From positions 411,291-475,290 of the forward strand of contig JAFWYG010000001.1 of assembly GCA_017522765.1 (NCBI GenBank): a DNA stretch of 64,000 nt, read 5' to 3'. The notes under the pieces are model-generated. The model had not been told where the DNA came from, searched no databases, and saw nothing but the letters and a program-made list of their open reading frames with translations. A program made the position numbers and the translations under genes. This DNA is from Clostridia bacterium. Its GTDB lineage: Bacteria; Bacillota; Clostridia; TANB77; UBA1234. How positions within the stretch are numbered: position 1 is the first letter of the stretch; each line of letters begins with the position of its first letter. Of this stretch, positions 47,967 through 59,039 are shown piece after piece.

Positions 47967-49460
47967 ATGAATAAGAAACCTTTTATAATAATTGTTATTT
48001 CGTTGGTTGTTTTTGCAATAGTATCAGGATTGATAACATATGGAATGATACAAAATACAATCGACAAAAAAATAAATGAAAGTCAAAGTGGTGAAATTTT
48101 GGTTTCATCAGGAGAAAAAGAGGAAGTTTCTAAAAGTTATTTAGGTATAGATGTAAACGGAACTTTTGATGAAAATTCAATAACTTGGATCGAGCAAGCA
48201 TATCAAGAAGGCGATACAGAAATTAAATATTATAAAATTAGTGGACTTATTAACAAAGAAGTTGAAAAGAGTGTAAATGATAAATTAAAAGATGCAGCGT
48301 TTTCAAGTTTTAACGCAAATAAAATTAATGATATAAGATATACTGCATATCAAAATATACATTCTAGTTTTTCTAATGTAATAAGTGTACGAACAAGTAT
48401 CACAACCTCTAAGCTTTCAGGACAAGCTGATTATAAATATGAAACGAAAGATATAAATTTAGAACTTATTAGTGGCGAAGAAATTAGTTTTAGTGATTTG
48501 TTTGTAGATAAAAATTCCATGGCGCAAATAATGGCTGCAGAGTTTTACGAAGATGAAGCCTGGCAGAAACAATGGGATAAAGAAACAGATATGTGGGATG
48601 GCGGATATGAATTTGATCAAGAACTATGGGATGCACCAATTTTAAATGTTGATGAAGATGAAGTCGTAAAGAAAGTAAATAGAATTAGAAAACTAAACAC
48701 AAATTCGTTTGTCTTTTCAACTCAATATGTTTCTGCTGAAATGGAATTAGGTAGTGGAGATTCTGAATATGTATATTTACAATTCGGTAGCATGCCATCT
48801 GCGATAGCAATTTATGATAAGTACTTAACTGAGGAAAAAATCTATGAAGATGAATCTTTAGGTCGTAAAAATGTTATAAATTTATCATATCTTAATATGG
48901 ATCCAATTGTGGTTTATAGTGCTTATGAAAATGATAAAACAACAAATTATTTTGCGGATATTCAAGTTTATTCAGATATGTATGACGAACCATATGAAAA
49001 TGAAGAAAGAGCAAAAGAACATATAATTAAATTGGCTAAAAAAGAAGTTGTTGAACTAGAAAGAAAAGCTCAATCAGAGCCAGACAAATTCTTTGTATAT
49101 ACAAAGGTTTATAGAATTTATGATTCACCAGGAGAAGTGTTCGCTGTCTCTGAAAACTTTAGTGAATATTTTACTGATATATCAAATAAAGAAAAATTAT
49201 ATCAAGAAGTTGTTAATGCATATACATATGAAAATTTTGAAATGTATGGAATAGGTAATATATACATTGATTTAGAAAACGAGGAAAATGCATATATATC
49301 AGGTGAAAGAAATTTTGTAGATAGAAATTACAGTTTCAAAACAATGAAAGAAATAAAAACTCTAGAAGATTTATTCGTTGAAGGTTTTGATTATAAACCA
49401 GCTTTAAAAGATGCATTTTATAGTAAGGTTTGGATACATAAAAGACGGAGACTTGCTTGA
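47967..49460 (+). CDS. hypothetical membrane-anchored protein, probably frameshifted near its 3' end (continues in another frame to 49665)
   Basis: N-terminal TM and a large acidic extracytoplasmic region. ORF 49411..49665 is open from 49405 in the +1 frame across an A4 run (cataaaagacgg). Confidence 0.45.
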   Translation: MNKKPFIIIVISLVVFAIVSGLITYGMIQNTIDKKINESQSGEILVSSGEKEEVSKSYLGIDVNGTFDENSITWIEQAYQEGDTEIKYYKISGLINKEVEKSVNDKLKDAAFSSFNANKINDIRYTAYQNIHSSFSNVISVRTSITTSKLSGQADYKYETKDINLELISGEEISFSDLFVDKNSMAQIMAAEFYEDEAWQKQWDKETDMWDGGYEFDQELWDAPILNVDEDEVVKKVNRIRKLNTNSFVFSTQYVSAEMELGSGDSEYVYLQFGSMPSAIAIYDKYLTEEKIYEDESLGRKNVINLSYLNMDPIVVYSAYENDKTTNYFADIQVYSDMYDEPYENEERAKEHIIKLAKKEVVELERKAQSEPDKFFVYTKVYRIYDSPGEVFAVSENFSEYFTDISNKEKLYQEVVNAYTYENFEMYGIGNIYIDLENEENAYISGERNFVDRNYSFKTMKEIKTLEDLFVEGFDYKPALKDAFYSKVWIHKRRRLA

Positions 49461-49665
49461 TGAAGAAGAGTTAGAGCAAGAGTTTCAGGCAACAGAATTT
49501 GAATATACAACAAGATGGGTTGGAGCAGAAGAAGGGACTGTTATTGTCATAGAAGTATACAATGAAACCATAGGCTATTATAAATCACCATATAACGATA
49601 ATTATAGAAATTCGGATGCGTATATACCAATAACAGTATTTGATCCGGAAAATTTGAATGTATAA

Positions 49666-49704
49666 CAAAAAAGAGAACTATTTTCGAATAGTTCTCTTTT
49701 TTGT
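49666..49704. terminator. bidirectional intrinsic terminator
   Basis: AAAAGAGAACTATT/AATAGTTCTCTTTT hairpin. Confidence 0.75.
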
Positions 49705-49710
49705 GAACTT

Positions 49711-50985
49711 TTATTGACCTTTATATTCTTCTAAAACAGCTGTTACTGTTTTGGTTCTAGAATCTCTAATTAAACCAATTTCAACTTCATCACCAACATT
49801 ATAGTTAGAAATTTCTGTTGTTGCCTCAGCTGCTGTAGAGATAACTTTTCCGCCGATTGAAACGATGATATCACCAGCTTCGATTCCTGCTTTTTCAGCT
49901 GGAGAATCTTTTGAAACTTCTACGACTGATGCTCCGTATTGAATTTGTTGATAAAACATACCAAAGAAACTATCAAATCCACCAAAAGGATCATTGTTAC
50001 TTGCATAAGCACCATTATCTAAAGATACACCAAGGAATGGTCTGTTAGTTGCATAACCGTGAGTTAATATATCATCAATAACTTGTTGTACATCATTTAC
50101 AGGTATAGCAAATCCAAGACCCTCAACATCATAACCAGTAGATTTAGCAGACACTATACCAATTAATTCACCTTTTATATTGAATAACGCACCACCAGAA
50201 TTACCAGGATTAACAGCAGCATCAAATTGCATTAAATTCATAGTAGAACCATCAATAGTAATCTCTCTTTCTAAAGCACTAACAAAACCGTATGTTACAG
50301 TGCCACCAAGTTCTCCTAAAGGATTACCAATTGCCATTACGAAATCACCAACTAGAGTAGAGGTAGAATCGCCAAAGTAGGCAGCTTTTAATCCGGTAGC
50401 TTCAACTTTAATAATAGCCATATCTGTTTTTGCGTCTTTTCCGACTAATGTTGCATCATACTCTGTTCCATTTCTCAATCTAACTTTTATTTTTTCAGCA
50501 CCAGCAATAACATGGTTGTTTGTAAGGATATAACCGTCTTCAGATATTATTACGCCACTTCCGTTTCCTTCTGCAAAACCGGTTTTTGAATAGTAAATTG
50601 ACTGGGTTGCTGTATATTGAGTGATTTCTACAACAGAATCAGCGACACTTTCAACTACGGCTGATAAGGATGTAGCAGGTAATACTGCAAAATTATTTCC
50701 TGATGATATTTGTGTTGTGTTAGGTAATATTGTTTGAGCTCCATCTGTACTTGTTTGTGTTATTAGATTTGCGTTATGAAAAGTAGAATAGATGCTACCA
50801 CTTGCAAAACCAATTGAAAGTAAAAGTACGATGCTTAATAATTTTGAAAAAATTCCACCTTTAGATTTACCTGAAGATTCGTCCATTTCAGCATAAATTC
50901 TATCGCGTTCGAAACCATTCATAAAAGACATAAAATTCATCCTTTCGTAAAAACATTCTTTAAGTAACTTTTCTTGAATATTCAT
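49711..50985 (-). CDS. htrA: HtrA/DegP-family serine protease (trypsin domain + PDZ)
   Basis: GSGVIISEDGYILTNNHV, GNSGGAL and a C-terminal PDZ (DSPAEKAGIEAGDIIVSIGG). The start may be the internal ATG near 50931, which has a better SD. Confidence 0.88.
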   Translation of the reverse strand: MNIQEKLLKECFYERMNFMSFMNGFERDRIYAEMDESSGKSKGGIFSKLLSIVLLLSIGFASGSIYSTFHNANLITQTSTDGAQTILPNTTQISSGNNFAVLPATSLSAVVESVADSVVEITQYTATQSIYYSKTGFAEGNGSGVIISEDGYILTNNHVIAGAEKIKVRLRNGTEYDATLVGKDAKTDMAIIKVEATGLKAAYFGDSTSTLVGDFVMAIGNPLGELGGTVTYGFVSALEREITIDGSTMNLMQFDAAVNPGNSGGALFNIKGELIGIVSAKSTGYDVEGLGFAIPVNDVQQVIDDILTHGYATNRPFLGVSLDNGAYASNNDPFGGFDSFFGMFYQQIQYGASVVEVSKDSPAEKAGIEAGDIIVSIGGKVISTAAEATTEISNYNVGDEVEIGLIRDSRTKTVTAVLEEYKGQ

Positions 50986-51091
50986 AATTGTTAGGTTATA
51001 CTACATATGTATGATAGTATAAGTATATGTTACATTTATGTATTATATATGAAAAAAACATGAAATTCAATATAACGAAAGGTTGAAAAGA

Positions 51092-51895
51092 ATGGTAAAT
51101 TCAATAGAAGATATAGTTGAATTACACAAAAATCACGGCATGATAGAAGACGCATATATAAAACTTCATTTAGATGAAAAAATATTAAATCTAAATCTTT
51201 TTACTATGCAAGTAAATACTATTCATGCTGAAAAAAGCGACCTTGATATTTGGCAAGATAGAATAAATGAAGAAATAAAAAAAGATAGACAATTAGAAAA
51301 AGAAATAAATGAATTTATAACAGTATTTGAATATCTTCAAAAATTCAAAATAAAGCATGGAGAGATTTCAAAATCAGAGTGTCCAGACTTTATAATAAAG
51401 AGAAATGGAAAAACAACAGGAATAGAGATAACAAAGATTTATGTTGGTTATGATTGGTTATACGAAAAGCTTTCAAATGAAATTGCAAAATACAAAATAA
51501 AAAAAGAAGAAATTGCAGGGTATATAGAATACAGAAAAGCTTCAGATAAAGTTGAAACATATAAATTAAAACATGGTAAGTTTATAATATCACCGAAGAT
51601 ATCTCCAAAAATGAGCGAAGAATATCAGGTGAATATAAAAAATAAAATTTTCGAAAAAATTAGAAAATTATTAGATGATTATTGTAAGTGTGATATAAAT
51701 GTTATATATGCCAATATAACAAGTCCGGAATATTTAGAAGACATAACAGATATAGATGAATTTATAAAAGATATTAAGTATTATATGGCACATTTGGATG
51801 CGGATTTAACAGATAGAGAATATAAATTGGTTTTAAAAATGAATCAAAAGTGGATAGAGATAAGCCTAAACGATGGTTCGTATAAGGTTATATAA
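51092..51895 (+). CDS. hypothetical protein with possible PD-(D/E)xK nuclease-like motif
   Basis: ECPDFIIKRNGKTTGIEITKIY resembles a (P)D...E-x-K core. No other support. Confidence 0.35.
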   Translation: MVNSIEDIVELHKNHGMIEDAYIKLHLDEKILNLNLFTMQVNTIHAEKSDLDIWQDRINEEIKKDRQLEKEINEFITVFEYLQKFKIKHGEISKSECPDFIIKRNGKTTGIEITKIYVGYDWLYEKLSNEIAKYKIKKEEIAGYIEYRKASDKVETYKLKHGKFIISPKISPKMSEEYQVNIKNKIFEKIRKLLDDYCKCDINVIYANITSPEYLEDITDIDEFIKDIKYYMAHLDADLTDREYKLVLKMNQKWIEISLNDGSYKVI

Positions 51896-51908
51896 TCGGG
51901 AGGTACAA

Positions 51909-52850
51909 ATGAAGAAAAGGTTTATGGAGATGGATGTCTTAGGTGCAAACAGAATAAATGAAGCTGATCTTTTAAATGAAATAAACTTGGAAATATCAGT
52001 TCTTAAAGGATTAGACATATTCACAAATGCACACGTTTTAGGTGTAGTAAAAGTTACTATGGCAATGTGCAAAAAAATGAAAATGAAATATGAAGATGTA
52101 AAAAGATGCGTACTTGCTGCATATCTTCATGATGTTGGAAAAATAAGAATACCTCCAGAAATATTACAAAAAACATCGAAATTAACTGATGAAGAATACC
52201 ATATCATGAAAAAACATACAGTATATGGTTATGAAGTTTGTATGGAATATCCTAACTTTAGAGATTTAGCTCCTATTGTAAGAGGTCATCACGAAAATTT
52301 AGATGGAACTGGATATCCAGATGGATTAAAAGAAGAAGACATTCCTGAAGAGGCAAGTCTTATAAAAGTAGCTGATGTGTATGATGCATTAACACAAAGA
52401 AGACAATACAAGGATGGTTACAAACAAAGTGAAGCCTTTAAGATAATGATTGGTGATGTTCAAAAGGGAAAAATGTCTGCACTTTACTTGAAAGTTTTAT
52501 TAAGTGTAGTTGTTGATGATTTAACTGAAAAATATGAAACTCATTATAACAATGTTTTAACCTTGCATCAAAATCTAGAAATATTACACGAGTTAGAAAA
52601 ATTATATAAAGATATTTATGATAGAGGGCTTACTCCAAAAATTGAAAAGAAACTAAGACAATATGAATTAGCGCCAGGATATGATATGAGTACTAATGCG
52701 AATTTACTTATCATAAAGCAAAAAGCATTAGAAAAAGAAGCTGAGTGGAGAGATTTTTGTGAAGACGAATTAAAAGTAATCACAAAGATGTTAAAAGAAG
52801 TTACAAAAATTTCTGATAAAATTCAAAGAGAAAATAGATACAAAGATTAA
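51909..52850 (+). CDS. HD-GYP domain phosphodiesterase
   Basis: LAAYLHDVGKIRIP...HHENLDGTGYPDGL. SD GGGAGG precedes ATG 51909. Confidence 0.82.
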   Translation: MKKRFMEMDVLGANRINEADLLNEINLEISVLKGLDIFTNAHVLGVVKVTMAMCKKMKMKYEDVKRCVLAAYLHDVGKIRIPPEILQKTSKLTDEEYHIMKKHTVYGYEVCMEYPNFRDLAPIVRGHHENLDGTGYPDGLKEEDIPEEASLIKVADVYDALTQRRQYKDGYKQSEAFKIMIGDVQKGKMSALYLKVLLSVVVDDLTEKYETHYNNVLTLHQNLEILHELEKLYKDIYDRGLTPKIEKKLRQYELAPGYDMSTNANLLIIKQKALEKEAEWRDFCEDELKVITKMLKEVTKISDKIQRENRYKD

Positions 52851-52890
52851 AATAAAAGCTAATTGAGAATCTACTCAATTAGCTTTTTAT

Positions 52891-53808
52891 TTATATTCCG
52901 TTTAAGTTAAAAGTTGGTACATATTCTTCTTCATGAGAACCTAGCTCTTGAATATAACCGTTTTCTAATTCGCAAACCATGTTAAGAATAAATTCATATT
53001 CTCTTCTAGTCAACTTTCTACCTAATTCTGAAAATTCGTTTGCTTTATATGTAGGAAAGTATTGTGCCATTATACTAACAAAAATATCTTGTGGTAGATT
53101 TTGTTTTATCCAATTAATTATTTTTCTGGTTTCGGTAAGATGAGTTGGTAGAACTAAATGTCTTATTATAACGCCGCTTTTAATAATTCCGTTTTCATCA
53201 AACTTAGGTGTACCAACTTGTGAAATCATTTCTTTTATAGCTTCAGTCGCCACATTAAAATAATTTGGGATTTTTGAATATTTCATACCTAATTCATTAT
53301 CAAAATATTTTAAATCTGGTAGATAAATATCAACATATCCCTTTAACATCTTAATAGTTTCAACATTTTCGTAAGAGTTTGTGTTATATACTACTGGGAT
53401 TGTGAGACCATTTTGTTTTGCAATATCTAATGCTTTTATAATATTGTGTACATATGGAGTGGGCGATACTAAATTTATATTGTGTACATTTTTCGCTTGT
53501 AATTCTAAAAAGATTTCAGCTAATCGTTCTATGGTAATTTCTTTGCCAAATTGTTCGTGAGATATTTGATGGTTTTGACAAAACACACAATTAAAATTAC
53601 ATCCAGAAAAGAATACCGTACCAGAACCGTTCGTACCACTAATGCAAGGTTCTTCCCACATGTGGATGGAAGAGAGTGCAAGTTTTGGCGAAGCACCACA
53701 TTTGCAACGTCCTAAACATTCATCTCTATTAACATTACAATTAAAAGCACATAGCTTACAATTTTCCAATTTAAATCCTCCAATATAAAAGCTGATGTGA
53801 TGAGACAT
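52891..53808 (-). CDS. radical SAM protein, PflX/COG1313 family (PFL-activase-like)
   Basis: FFSGCNFNCVFCQN CX3CX2C motif plus an N-terminal extra Cys cluster CKLCAFNC. 305 aa. Confidence 0.75.
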   Translation of the reverse strand: MSHHISFYIGGFKLENCKLCAFNCNVNRDECLGRCKCGASPKLALSSIHMWEEPCISGTNGSGTVFFSGCNFNCVFCQNHQISHEQFGKEITIERLAEIFLELQAKNVHNINLVSPTPYVHNIIKALDIAKQNGLTIPVVYNTNSYENVETIKMLKGYVDIYLPDLKYFDNELGMKYSKIPNYFNVATEAIKEMISQVGTPKFDENGIIKSGVIIRHLVLPTHLTETRKIINWIKQNLPQDIFVSIMAQYFPTYKANEFSELGRKLTRREYEFILNMVCELENGYIQELGSHEEEYVPTFNLNGI

Positions 53809-53820
53809 CAGCTTAAATTC

Positions 53821-55488
53821 TTAAAATATACCAGTTAATGTTCCATCTGGTAACACGTCCACTTTTTCAGCAGCTGGAACTTTAGGTAATCCAGGCATTG
53901 TCATTATTGTGCCAGTTATAACAACTATAAATCCTGCACCGTTAGAAACTTTTACTTCTTTAACTGTGATTGTAAAATCTTCAGGTCTTCCAAGAAGTTT
54001 TGCATTATCAGATAATGAGTATTGAGTTTTTGCAACACAAATTGGTTTTTTATCTAATCCGATTGATTCTATTTGCGAGATTTGCTCTAATGCTTGCTCT
54101 GAATATTCAACACCTTTTGCACCGTAAATTTCACGTGCAAGAGTTTCTATTTTTTCTTTGATAGATAGTTTTTCATCATAAATAGGGTGGAAGTTTGATT
54201 TTTCGTTTTCTAAAACTTTGATAAGTTCATTCGCAAGATCTAATCCACCTTCACCGCCTTTGGCAAATACTTCGGATACTGTGCATTCGGCTCCATTTTC
54301 ACCACACAACTTTTTAAGTAATGATACTTCGTTTAGTGTATCTGATTCGAATTTATTAATAGTAACAAGAACAGGAACTCCATATTTTTTCATATTCTCG
54401 ATATGTTTTTGAAGATTGCAAAATCCTTTTTCTAACGCTTCTAAATTTTCTTCCTTTAAATTAGCAAGTTCAACGCCACCGTTATATTTTAATGAACGAA
54501 TAGTAGCTACAATGACAATAGCATCTGGTTTTAATCCTGCCATTCTACATTTTATATCTAAGAATTTTTCGGCTCCTAAATCTGCCCCAAAACCAGCTTC
54601 AGTTACTACTATGTCTGCAAGTTTTAATGCAGTCTTTGTAGCAACTACACTATTGCATCCGTGAGCGATATTAGCGAAAGGTCCACCGTGAATAATACAA
54701 GGCGTATTTTCTAAAGTTTGAACTAAATTTGGTTTCATAGCATCTTTTAAAAGTGCTGTTAATGCACCTTCAGCTTTTATATCAGATGCAAAGACAGGTT
54801 TTTTATCAAAAGTATATCCAATTAAAATGTTGGAAATACGTTTCTTTAAATCTGTTAAATCTTCAGCAAGACAAAGAATCGCCATCATTTCAGAAGCTGT
54901 TGTGATAGAAAAACCATCGTTTCTTTCTGGACCGTTTTTGGTTCCATGTCCAATAGTTATATTTCTAAGAGTTCTATCATTTACATCAAGAGCACGTTTC
55001 CAAGTAATATTATTAGGATCAATACCTAATTCATTTCCTTGATAAATGTGATTATCTATCATTGCTGAAAGAAGGTTATTGGCTGCTGTTAATGCGTGAA
55101 TATCACCTGTAAAGTGTAGATTTATATCATCCATTGGAACTACTTGGCTATAACCACCACCAGTTGCACCGCCTTTTAATCCCATAACAGGACCAAGAGA
55201 TGGTTCACGAAGTGCAAGTAATGCTTTTTTTTCTAATCTGCATAACGCTTGACCAAGGCCTATACTAACAGTAGTTTTGCCTTCTCCGGCAGGAGTAGGG
55301 TTAATAGCTGTTACTAATACAAGCTTTCCATCTTTGTTAGATTGAACCTTATTGATCAGCTCCGCAGAAAGTTTTGCTTTATATTTGCCGTATAATTCCA
55401 AGTCATCTTCATTAATATTTATTTTTTTTGCTATCTCTTGAATAGGAAGCATTTTAGAATTTTTTGAAATTTCGATATCACTTAGCAA
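53821..55488 (-). CDS. fhs: formate--tetrahydrofolate ligase
   Basis: [15 protein letters not shown] and a full-length FTHFS pattern. The likely TTG start at 55488 is 8 nt after SD AAAGGAG; the tracked GTG at 55497 overlaps the SD. Confidence 0.9.
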   Translation of the reverse strand: MLSDIEISKNSKMLPIQEIAKKININEDDLELYGKYKAKLSAELINKVQSNKDGKLVLVTAINPTPAGEGKTTVSIGLGQALCRLEKKALLALREPSLGPVMGLKGGATGGGYSQVVPMDDINLHFTGDIHALTAANNLLSAMIDNHIYQGNELGIDPNNITWKRALDVNDRTLRNITIGHGTKNGPERNDGFSITTASEMMAILCLAEDLTDLKKRISNILIGYTFDKKPVFASDIKAEGALTALLKDAMKPNLVQTLENTPCIIHGGPFANIAHGCNSVVATKTALKLADIVVTEAGFGADLGAEKFLDIKCRMAGLKPDAIVIVATIRSLKYNGGVELANLKEENLEALEKGFCNLQKHIENMKKYGVPVLVTINKFESDTLNEVSLLKKLCGENGAECTVSEVFAKGGEGGLDLANELIKVLENEKSNFHPIYDEKLSIKEKIETLAREIYGAKGVEYSEQALEQISQIESIGLDKKPICVAKTQYSLSDNAKLLGRPEDFTITVKEVKVSNGAGFIVVITGTIMTMPGLPKVPAAEKVDVLPDGTLTGIF

Positions 55489-55561
55489 AATAATCACTCC
55501 TTTACATGTTTCTCAAGTAATGATAATACATCAAAAAGGCGGTTTTGTCCACCTTAAAGCA

Positions 55562-55590
55562 TTGACAATCTTTGTAAAAGGGATTATAAT
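55562..55590 (+). promoter_or_regulatory. consensus sigma-A promoter driving the aspS T-box leader
   Basis: TTGACA, 17 nt, then TATAAT, both perfect hexamers. Confidence 0.65.
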
Positions 55591-55597
55591 TCACCTT

Positions 55598-55840
55598 GTA
55601 ATGTGATGAAGAAGAGGAGTACGATTACAGCGCTTTTAGAAGAGAAAGATACCTTGGCTGAAAGTATCTAAAGTAAACTAATCAGAAGACACTTTGGAGC
55701 AGGCTTATGAAGAAAAAGTAAGTCCGTAATATATGCGTTAAATTTCTAATGAGTATAAAATTGGGTGGTACCACGTACAAAGACTATACGTCCCATGAGT
55801 TCTAGATTGAGCTCATGGGACTTTTTGTTGTTTTAAGATA
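55598..55840 (+). ncRNA. T-box riboswitch leader (probable Asp GAC specifier) of aspS
   Basis: AGAGA-like stem I region. T-box sequence AAATTGGGTGGTACCACG at 55768-55785. Terminator ACGTCCCATGAGTTC...GAGCTCATGGGAC followed by T5. Confidence 0.75.
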
Positions 55841-55899
55841 ATCTTCTTAGCACGAAATATTTTACGTCCCAATACATTAATTTATTAGGAGGAATAAAA

Positions 55900-57657
55900 A
55901 TGAACGAGTACAGAACACACTATTGCCACGAACTAAGATTAGAAAACGTTGGCGAAGAAGTAAGACTTGCAGGATGGGTACAAACAGTTAGAGACTTAGG
56001 GTCTATGATGTTTGTTGACTTAAGAGACCACTATGGTGTTACACAACTTGCAATTCAAGAAGAAGCTCACTTAGAACAAATGAGAAAAGTAACAACAGAA
56101 AGTACAATTTCTATTACAGGTAAAGTTTGCGAAAGAAGTAACAAAAATCCTAACATCGCAACAGGAGATATTGAAGTTATTCCAAGCGAAATTAGAGTTA
56201 CGGGAAAAGCTAAAAACGTATTACCTTTCGAAATTAATATCGGACAAGATGTAAGAGAAGATTTAAGATTAGAATATAGATTTTTAGATTTAAGAAATGA
56301 AAAAATTCATAACAACATAGTATTTAGAGCACAAGTTATGAAAACAATTAGAGAAATTATGGATGGAATGAGATTCGTAGAAATTCAAACTCCAATCCTA
56401 ACAAGTTCATCACCAGAGGGTGCTAGAGACTTCTTAGTTCCAAGTAGATTGCATCCAGGGGAGTTTTACGCATTACCACAAGCACCACAACAATTTAAAC
56501 AATTGTTAATGATGTCTGGTTTTGATAGATATTATCAAATAGCTCCATGTTTTAGAGATGAAGACCCAAGAGCCGATAGATCACCAGGTGAGTTCTATCA
56601 ATTAGACCTTGAAATGTCTTTTGCTACACAAGAAGATGTTTTAGGTGTTGTTGAAAATGTTGTATTAAACACATTTAGAAGACATACAAAATGGAAAGTT
56701 AGTGAAGATGGAATTTTAAGAATCCCATATAGAGAAGCTATGAAAAAATATGGTAGCGACAAACCTGACCTTAGAAACCCATTAGTTCTTCAAGAAGTAA
56801 CTAAATTATTTGAAGGCACAGAATTTAAGGCGTTCCAAGATAAACATATAATCGCAATCGTAGTTCCAGGTGCTGCAAAAGAAACAAGAAAATTCTTTGA
56901 TAGCATGGGAGAGTTTGCTCAAGTTGAAGGTGGAGCAAAAGGTTTAGCATATGTAAAAGTAGAAGAAGGAAATACACTTGCTGGTGGTATTGCAAAATTC
57001 TTTACACCAGAAATGACAGAAGAATTCTTAAAAACTTATGCTAAAGAAAATGATGCTGTATTCTTCATCGCAGAAGAAGAGGAAGAAAGAGCTCAAAAAC
57101 TTGCTGGCTTAATTAGAATTGAACTTGGTAAGAGATTAGATTTACTAGAAAAAGATTGCTATAAATTCTGTTGGATAGTAGACTTCCCAATGTATGAAAA
57201 AGATGATGAAGGTAAAGTAGAATTTAACCATAACCCATTCTCAATGCCACAAGGTGGTTTAGAAGCATTAAATACAAAAGATCCTTTAGATATTTATGCT
57301 TATCAATATGACATGGTATGTAATGGTTATGAACTTGCATCTGGTGCTGTTAGAAATCATGATGTAGAAATCATGGAAAGAGCATTTGAAATTGCGGGTT
57401 ATACAAGAGAACATGTTGAAGCTAAGTTCCCAGCATTATTTAATGCATTCCAATATGGAGCTCCTCCACATGCTGGATGTGCACCAGGACTTGATAGAAT
57501 CGTTATGCTTCTTGCACAAGAAGACAGCATAAGAGAAGTAATTGCATTCCCTAAAAACAGTAAAGCAAGAGATTTGTTAATGGGAGCACCTTCTCCTGTA
57601 TATCCAAATCAATTAAAAGATGTACATATAAAATTAGATATTGAAGAGAAAAAATAA
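55900..57657 (+). CDS. aspS: aspartate--tRNA ligase
   Basis: 585 aa with class II aaRS motifs (FRDEDPRADRSP, GLDRIVMLL). SD AGGAGGAAT. Confidence 0.95.
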   Translation: MNEYRTHYCHELRLENVGEEVRLAGWVQTVRDLGSMMFVDLRDHYGVTQLAIQEEAHLEQMRKVTTESTISITGKVCERSNKNPNIATGDIEVIPSEIRVTGKAKNVLPFEINIGQDVREDLRLEYRFLDLRNEKIHNNIVFRAQVMKTIREIMDGMRFVEIQTPILTSSSPEGARDFLVPSRLHPGEFYALPQAPQQFKQLLMMSGFDRYYQIAPCFRDEDPRADRSPGEFYQLDLEMSFATQEDVLGVVENVVLNTFRRHTKWKVSEDGILRIPYREAMKKYGSDKPDLRNPLVLQEVTKLFEGTEFKAFQDKHIIAIVVPGAAKETRKFFDSMGEFAQVEGGAKGLAYVKVEEGNTLAGGIAKFFTPEMTEEFLKTYAKENDAVFFIAEEEEERAQKLAGLIRIELGKRLDLLEKDCYKFCWIVDFPMYEKDDEGKVEFNHNPFSMPQGGLEALNTKDPLDIYAYQYDMVCNGYELASGAVRNHDVEIMERAFEIAGYTREHVEAKFPALFNAFQYGAPPHAGCAPGLDRIVMLLAQEDSIREVIAFPKNSKARDLLMGAPSPVYPNQLKDVHIKLDIEEKK

Positions 57658-57663
57658 ATAATA

Positions 57664-57696
57664 AAAAAAAGACGCCGAAAAAAGGCGTCTTTTTTA
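57664..57696 (+). terminator. intrinsic terminator after aspS
   Basis: AAAGACGCC/GGCGTCTTT hairpin followed by T6. Confidence 0.8.
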
Positions 57697-57769
57697 CGTG
57701 AATATTATGAAAAATATTTTTGCTTTTTATATTGAATATTGTATAATGTTTGTTGAGGAAGGTGTTATT

Positions 57770-59014
57770 ATGAATTTTGACGAATTTAAAGCGCTATTAG
57801 AAAAGTACGGTCAAAGTCATATTGCCAAATCATATGAGAGATTAAATGATGAAGGCAAAGAAAATTTAATGCAACAAGTTGCAAGAATTGACTTTGAAAA
57901 AATGAAAGATCTATATGCGCTATCTCAAACAAAAGTTGAGATGAAAGATGCCATAATCGAACCAATGGCATATCAAGATTCTGCTAAATTATCAGCAGAA
58001 GAAAAAGCAGAAATAATCGAGCTAGGAGAGGCTGCGATTAGAGCGGGTAAACTTGCTATAGTAACTATGGCTGGTGGTCAAGGAACAAGACTTGGACATG
58101 ATGGTCCAAAAGGAACATATGACTTAGGTCTTGAATCACACAAAAGCTTATTTGAAATTCAATGCGACATTTTAAAAGCCGCACAAGAAAAGTACGGAGT
58201 TACAGTACCTTGGTACATTATGACGAGTAGAGAAAATAACGACGATACTGTTGCTTTCTTTGAAAAAAATAATTATTTTGGTTATCCAAAAGAAGCAACA
58301 AATTATTTCTTTAAACAAGGTGAACTTCCAATGATGGACGAAGCTGGAAGACTTGTTATTGAAGAAAACGGATTAGTAAAAGAAGCTGCGGACGGACATG
58401 GCGGAGTATTTGAAGCCTTAGGTAGAAATGGAATTCTAGCTGATATGAAAGCTAGAGGTATTGAGTGGATATTTATAGCTGGTATAGACAATGTTCTTGT
58501 ACAACTAGTTGATCCATTATTGATGGGATATGCTATTAAAAACAATTTTAGAATTGTTTCTAAAACAGTTCCAAAATCAAATCCAGATGAAAAAGTTGGT
58601 GTATTCTGCAAGAAAGATGGAAAACCATATGTTATAGAATATAGTGAAATTTCTACAGAACATGCTCATATGAGAGATGAGAATGGTGAATTAGTTTATG
58701 GTGAAGGACATGTTCTTCTAAACTTGTTTAACGTATCAGCATTAGAAGAAATTGAAAAATTTAAATTACCATATCATGTTGCACACAAGAAAACAGCATA
58801 CATGAATGAAGAGGGAGAATTTATAACTCCAGAATCTCCAAATGCATACAAATTTGAATCTTTCTTATTTGATGCTTTTTCTCAAATACCAGAGTTTGGT
58901 CTATTAAGAGGAAAAAGAGAAGAAGATTTCTCACCAGTAAAAAATGCTACTGGTGTAGATTCTCCAGAAACAGCTAGAAGAGATTATTTGAAATATCATG
59001 GGTTAGAAAAATAG
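57770..59014 (+). CDS. UDPGP-family nucleotide-sugar pyrophosphorylase (UAP/UGP eukaryotic-type family)
   Basis: IVTMAGGQGTRLGHDGPKG signature. SD GAGGAAGGTG precedes ATG 57770. Confidence 0.72.
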   Translation: MNFDEFKALLEKYGQSHIAKSYERLNDEGKENLMQQVARIDFEKMKDLYALSQTKVEMKDAIIEPMAYQDSAKLSAEEKAEIIELGEAAIRAGKLAIVTMAGGQGTRLGHDGPKGTYDLGLESHKSLFEIQCDILKAAQEKYGVTVPWYIMTSRENNDDTVAFFEKNNYFGYPKEATNYFFKQGELPMMDEAGRLVIEENGLVKEAADGHGGVFEALGRNGILADMKARGIEWIFIAGIDNVLVQLVDPLLMGYAIKNNFRIVSKTVPKSNPDEKVGVFCKKDGKPYVIEYSEISTEHAHMRDENGELVYGEGHVLLNLFNVSALEEIEKFKLPYHVAHKKTAYMNEEGEFITPESPNAYKFESFLFDAFSQIPEFGLLRGKREEDFSPVKNATGVDSPETARRDYLKYHGLEK

Positions 59015-59039
59015 TAGTTAATATTAAGGAGGGCTTTAA

